This document shows, in pieces, positions 61,561-64,000 of a DNA stretch of 64,000 bases. The notes beneath the pieces were generated by a model. It was not told the origin of the DNA, ran no database searches, and saw only the letters and a program-made list of their open reading frames with translations. This DNA is from Mobula hypostoma (lineage: Eukaryota). Numbering within the stretch: the stretch's first letter is position 1; every line of letters begins with the position of its first letter. The stretch is taken from the NCBI RefSeq assembly GCF_963921235.1, contig NC_086097.1:16244001-16308000 (forward strand), in the 5' to 3' direction. A program made the position numbers and the translations under genes.

Positions 61561-64000
61561 CTTGATGCTTCAAAAAAGATCACCCCACATTTTTCACAAC
61601 TCCAATGAGAAAAGCCGAACCTGCTAAATCTTTCCTCATCATTTATTCTAGAAAGCAATCTTCTCTATCGAGCCTCTAATGCAAGCATACCTTCCTTAAA
61701 TAAGGAGACCAAAACTTCAAAGGTGGTGTGGTGTCTTGTCAATGCCATGAACAGTTGAGGCAAAACATCCAGACATTTATTGCAAGGAATATGAAGTTGA
61801 AGGTTGACCTTCCTAAATACTTGCTACAACCCTTGTAGTTTCAATGAACAAGATCTCTGTTTCAGGTAGTGGTCGGGTCAGAGACTACAGTACATAAGCG
61901 CAACTGTCAACCCACCACATCCAAGCCTATCATCAAGTACAAATTATATTAACCTTGTTCTGTGGCCTCCTATGCACCATGATTGAAGTACACATCTCAA
62001 AGCTTCTTGTAAGTATCTGCCATCACCAAAACCCTCAGGCAATGTTCAAGATTCCAACCACCATCCATATATTTAAGAATTCTATTAAGAATATATTTAG
62101 TTATTTTATATATTTAAGCAATCTTCCACTTTTCTATTCTGTGCATCTCCCAATATTCTATTCTATGTACCAAAATTTTCTCTAGGCACTTAACTTATAA
62201 TAACCTACTGACAATTTGCTTTCCCACCCCTACTTGCAGTCGCCAAATATATTAGCAATAAAATCAGTTCCCTTAGTCAGGGCCAAGTACTGATCCCTAC
62301 GACATCACAGAATACCAACATGAAAGTTACGTGCTTATCCTACTTCTGCTTTCCATTAATCAATTCTCCATGTATGCTATCACTTCAAATCCAGCAAGCT
62401 CTTACCTTGGGCAATCACCTTTTAAAAAAGGACACCTTCCTGAATTTGTTCCGGCAATTAAAACACAGTATATCCAAATATGTACTATTATCCACCCTGT
62501 TTGTTGCATTCTCAAAAAAAAACTATTAAGATTGTTAATGCAATCTCATGTTTATAAAGCTCAGCTTGATTTTACCATAATTTTGAAATATCCTGCCACA
62601 AAATCCTTAATAATGCATTCCAGAATGGAAAATAATTAATCTATAGGTTCCTGCTTTTTGTATTCCCTCCTTTCTTCAATAGCAACATAACACTTCTGGC
62701 TTTCCTCAGGAACCCTCTAGGACAGTGAATCTTTTAACAATTACAAACAAAGCATTTGCTATTTCTGCAGCCACTTCGAAGACCAAAGAAAGCAGCTCAT
62801 AAGATCTAGGGCACTAGCCAGCATTTGGAGACAATTTTTTTTTTAAGTGACCTTGCCTCATCATGTCCATGATGACATTTTACTCACATTTGATCCATAT
62901 CTTTCTATTTCTTACCTATGTGGATACTAGTCTAAATGCTTCTTAAAACATAGCAATTATGTCTGACTCCACCACCTCCTCCTAGAGCTCCTTAAATCCC
63001 CTTTTAAAACTCCTTCCTTTCACCTTAAGCATGAGCTTTCTTCTTTTGTGATACCTCTATGATGGGAAACAGATATAGATTTATCAACTCTATCCATGCT
63101 AATATTACCCTTATTAAGTTACTGCTCAGCCTCGTTAGCTTCAGGGAAAACAAAATCAACCCATCTATACTCTTCCCAAATATCCTGGGGAAGTTATTTG
63201 CATTATTTTGCCAAATATATTGTTCCACTTGCCCTTGGTTTTTCAGCACTTTTAGGATGTACTTAATGTATTCTACTATGAAGACACTTGTAAGATTTTG
63301 ACAATGTTCTATTCTTACCATCTAAGGGACCAAAATTTTTAAGCTATCTTTTGTATGTCAAAGCTCTAACTATCAGCTTCAACATTAACGGCCAGTTTAT
63401 TCGCAGTCTATTTTCACCCGTAACCTTATGCTGGTTTCCAAAACTTTTTCAAATGTTATCTTATCATTAATTTTCATAATATTTTGTTTAACTTTGAAAT
63501 CCTCCTCAACTTCTTTAAATAGCAAAGATAGTTTGTCCTTCTCACCAAGTTTATTCCACAATCGAATGCATTTTGGCTGAGAATTGTGACCCTTAAGTCT
63601 TGTAGCTTATCCACCATTTCACTTTTTAAATAATTTTTCCAGTCCTGTTCTACCTTCATAACTTTGTAACTATTTTTATTCACATTCGAGACATGTGCTT
63701 CAAAGCCAGGTTTCTCATTCTCAAACTAAGTCATACAAAATAGAAGCAGTCTATTTGGGCACTGATCCACAATCTTCTAGCACTTATCCCCACAGTCGTC
63801 TGTACTTGGGCAATTTAAAGTGCCTTGTCTACACACATCAGTGTTGTTAGTGACTGCTTCCAGCACTCTCACAGGCAATATATTTCAGCTATGCATGCTT
63901 CAGATCCTCTCTAAATCTCTCACCCCTTAACCTAAATCTATGATATGGGGAAATGTTTCCTACAATCTACTCCAAGTATGGCCCCCATAACTTTGTATAT

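Noticed and set aside
60859..64000. Next upstream DLST exon (expected ..YRDYxDISVAVATP..)
   Set aside because: Not found by eye; the region looks like old LINE debris, so the exon probably lies beyond the window.

Overview
Eukaryotic (vertebrate) genomic DNA. The repeat content (V-SINE/HE1-like SINEs, Deu-SINE-like remnants, very abundant CR1 LINEs, Rex1/Babar, RTE, Penelope pLTRs) points to a cartilaginous fish, probably a ray; this is an inference. The window holds the 3' ends of two convergent genes: the last two coding exons of RPS6KL1 (+ strand, 3336-3431 and 13792-13908) and the last three coding exons of DLST (- strand, 60858-60775, 59608-59441, 58765-58631). This matches the known tail-to-tail DLST/RPS6KL1 arrangement in mammals. 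The introns and the ~40 kb intergenic gap are mostly nested transposon debris: a near-full-length CR1, an IR/DR Tc1 (DD34E), a fold-back mariner MITE, two solo LTRs with TSDs and a 305-bp (GGGGAA)n tract. The most interesting signals are (i) short Penelope-derived fold-back insertions with 12-16 bp TSDs carrying minimal type-I hammerhead ribozyme cores, one intact and in sense within the last RPS6KL1 intron; (ii) an orphan CpG-island-like promoter at ~49.8-50.6 kb with a perfect 14-bp CRE palindrome and an RFX X-box nearby, which no gene seen here explains; (iii) a family of non-coding elements with a shared 5' head and Rex1-type tail. No prokaryotic features (CRISPR, operons) are present. Repeat boundaries are approximate unless a TSD is quoted.
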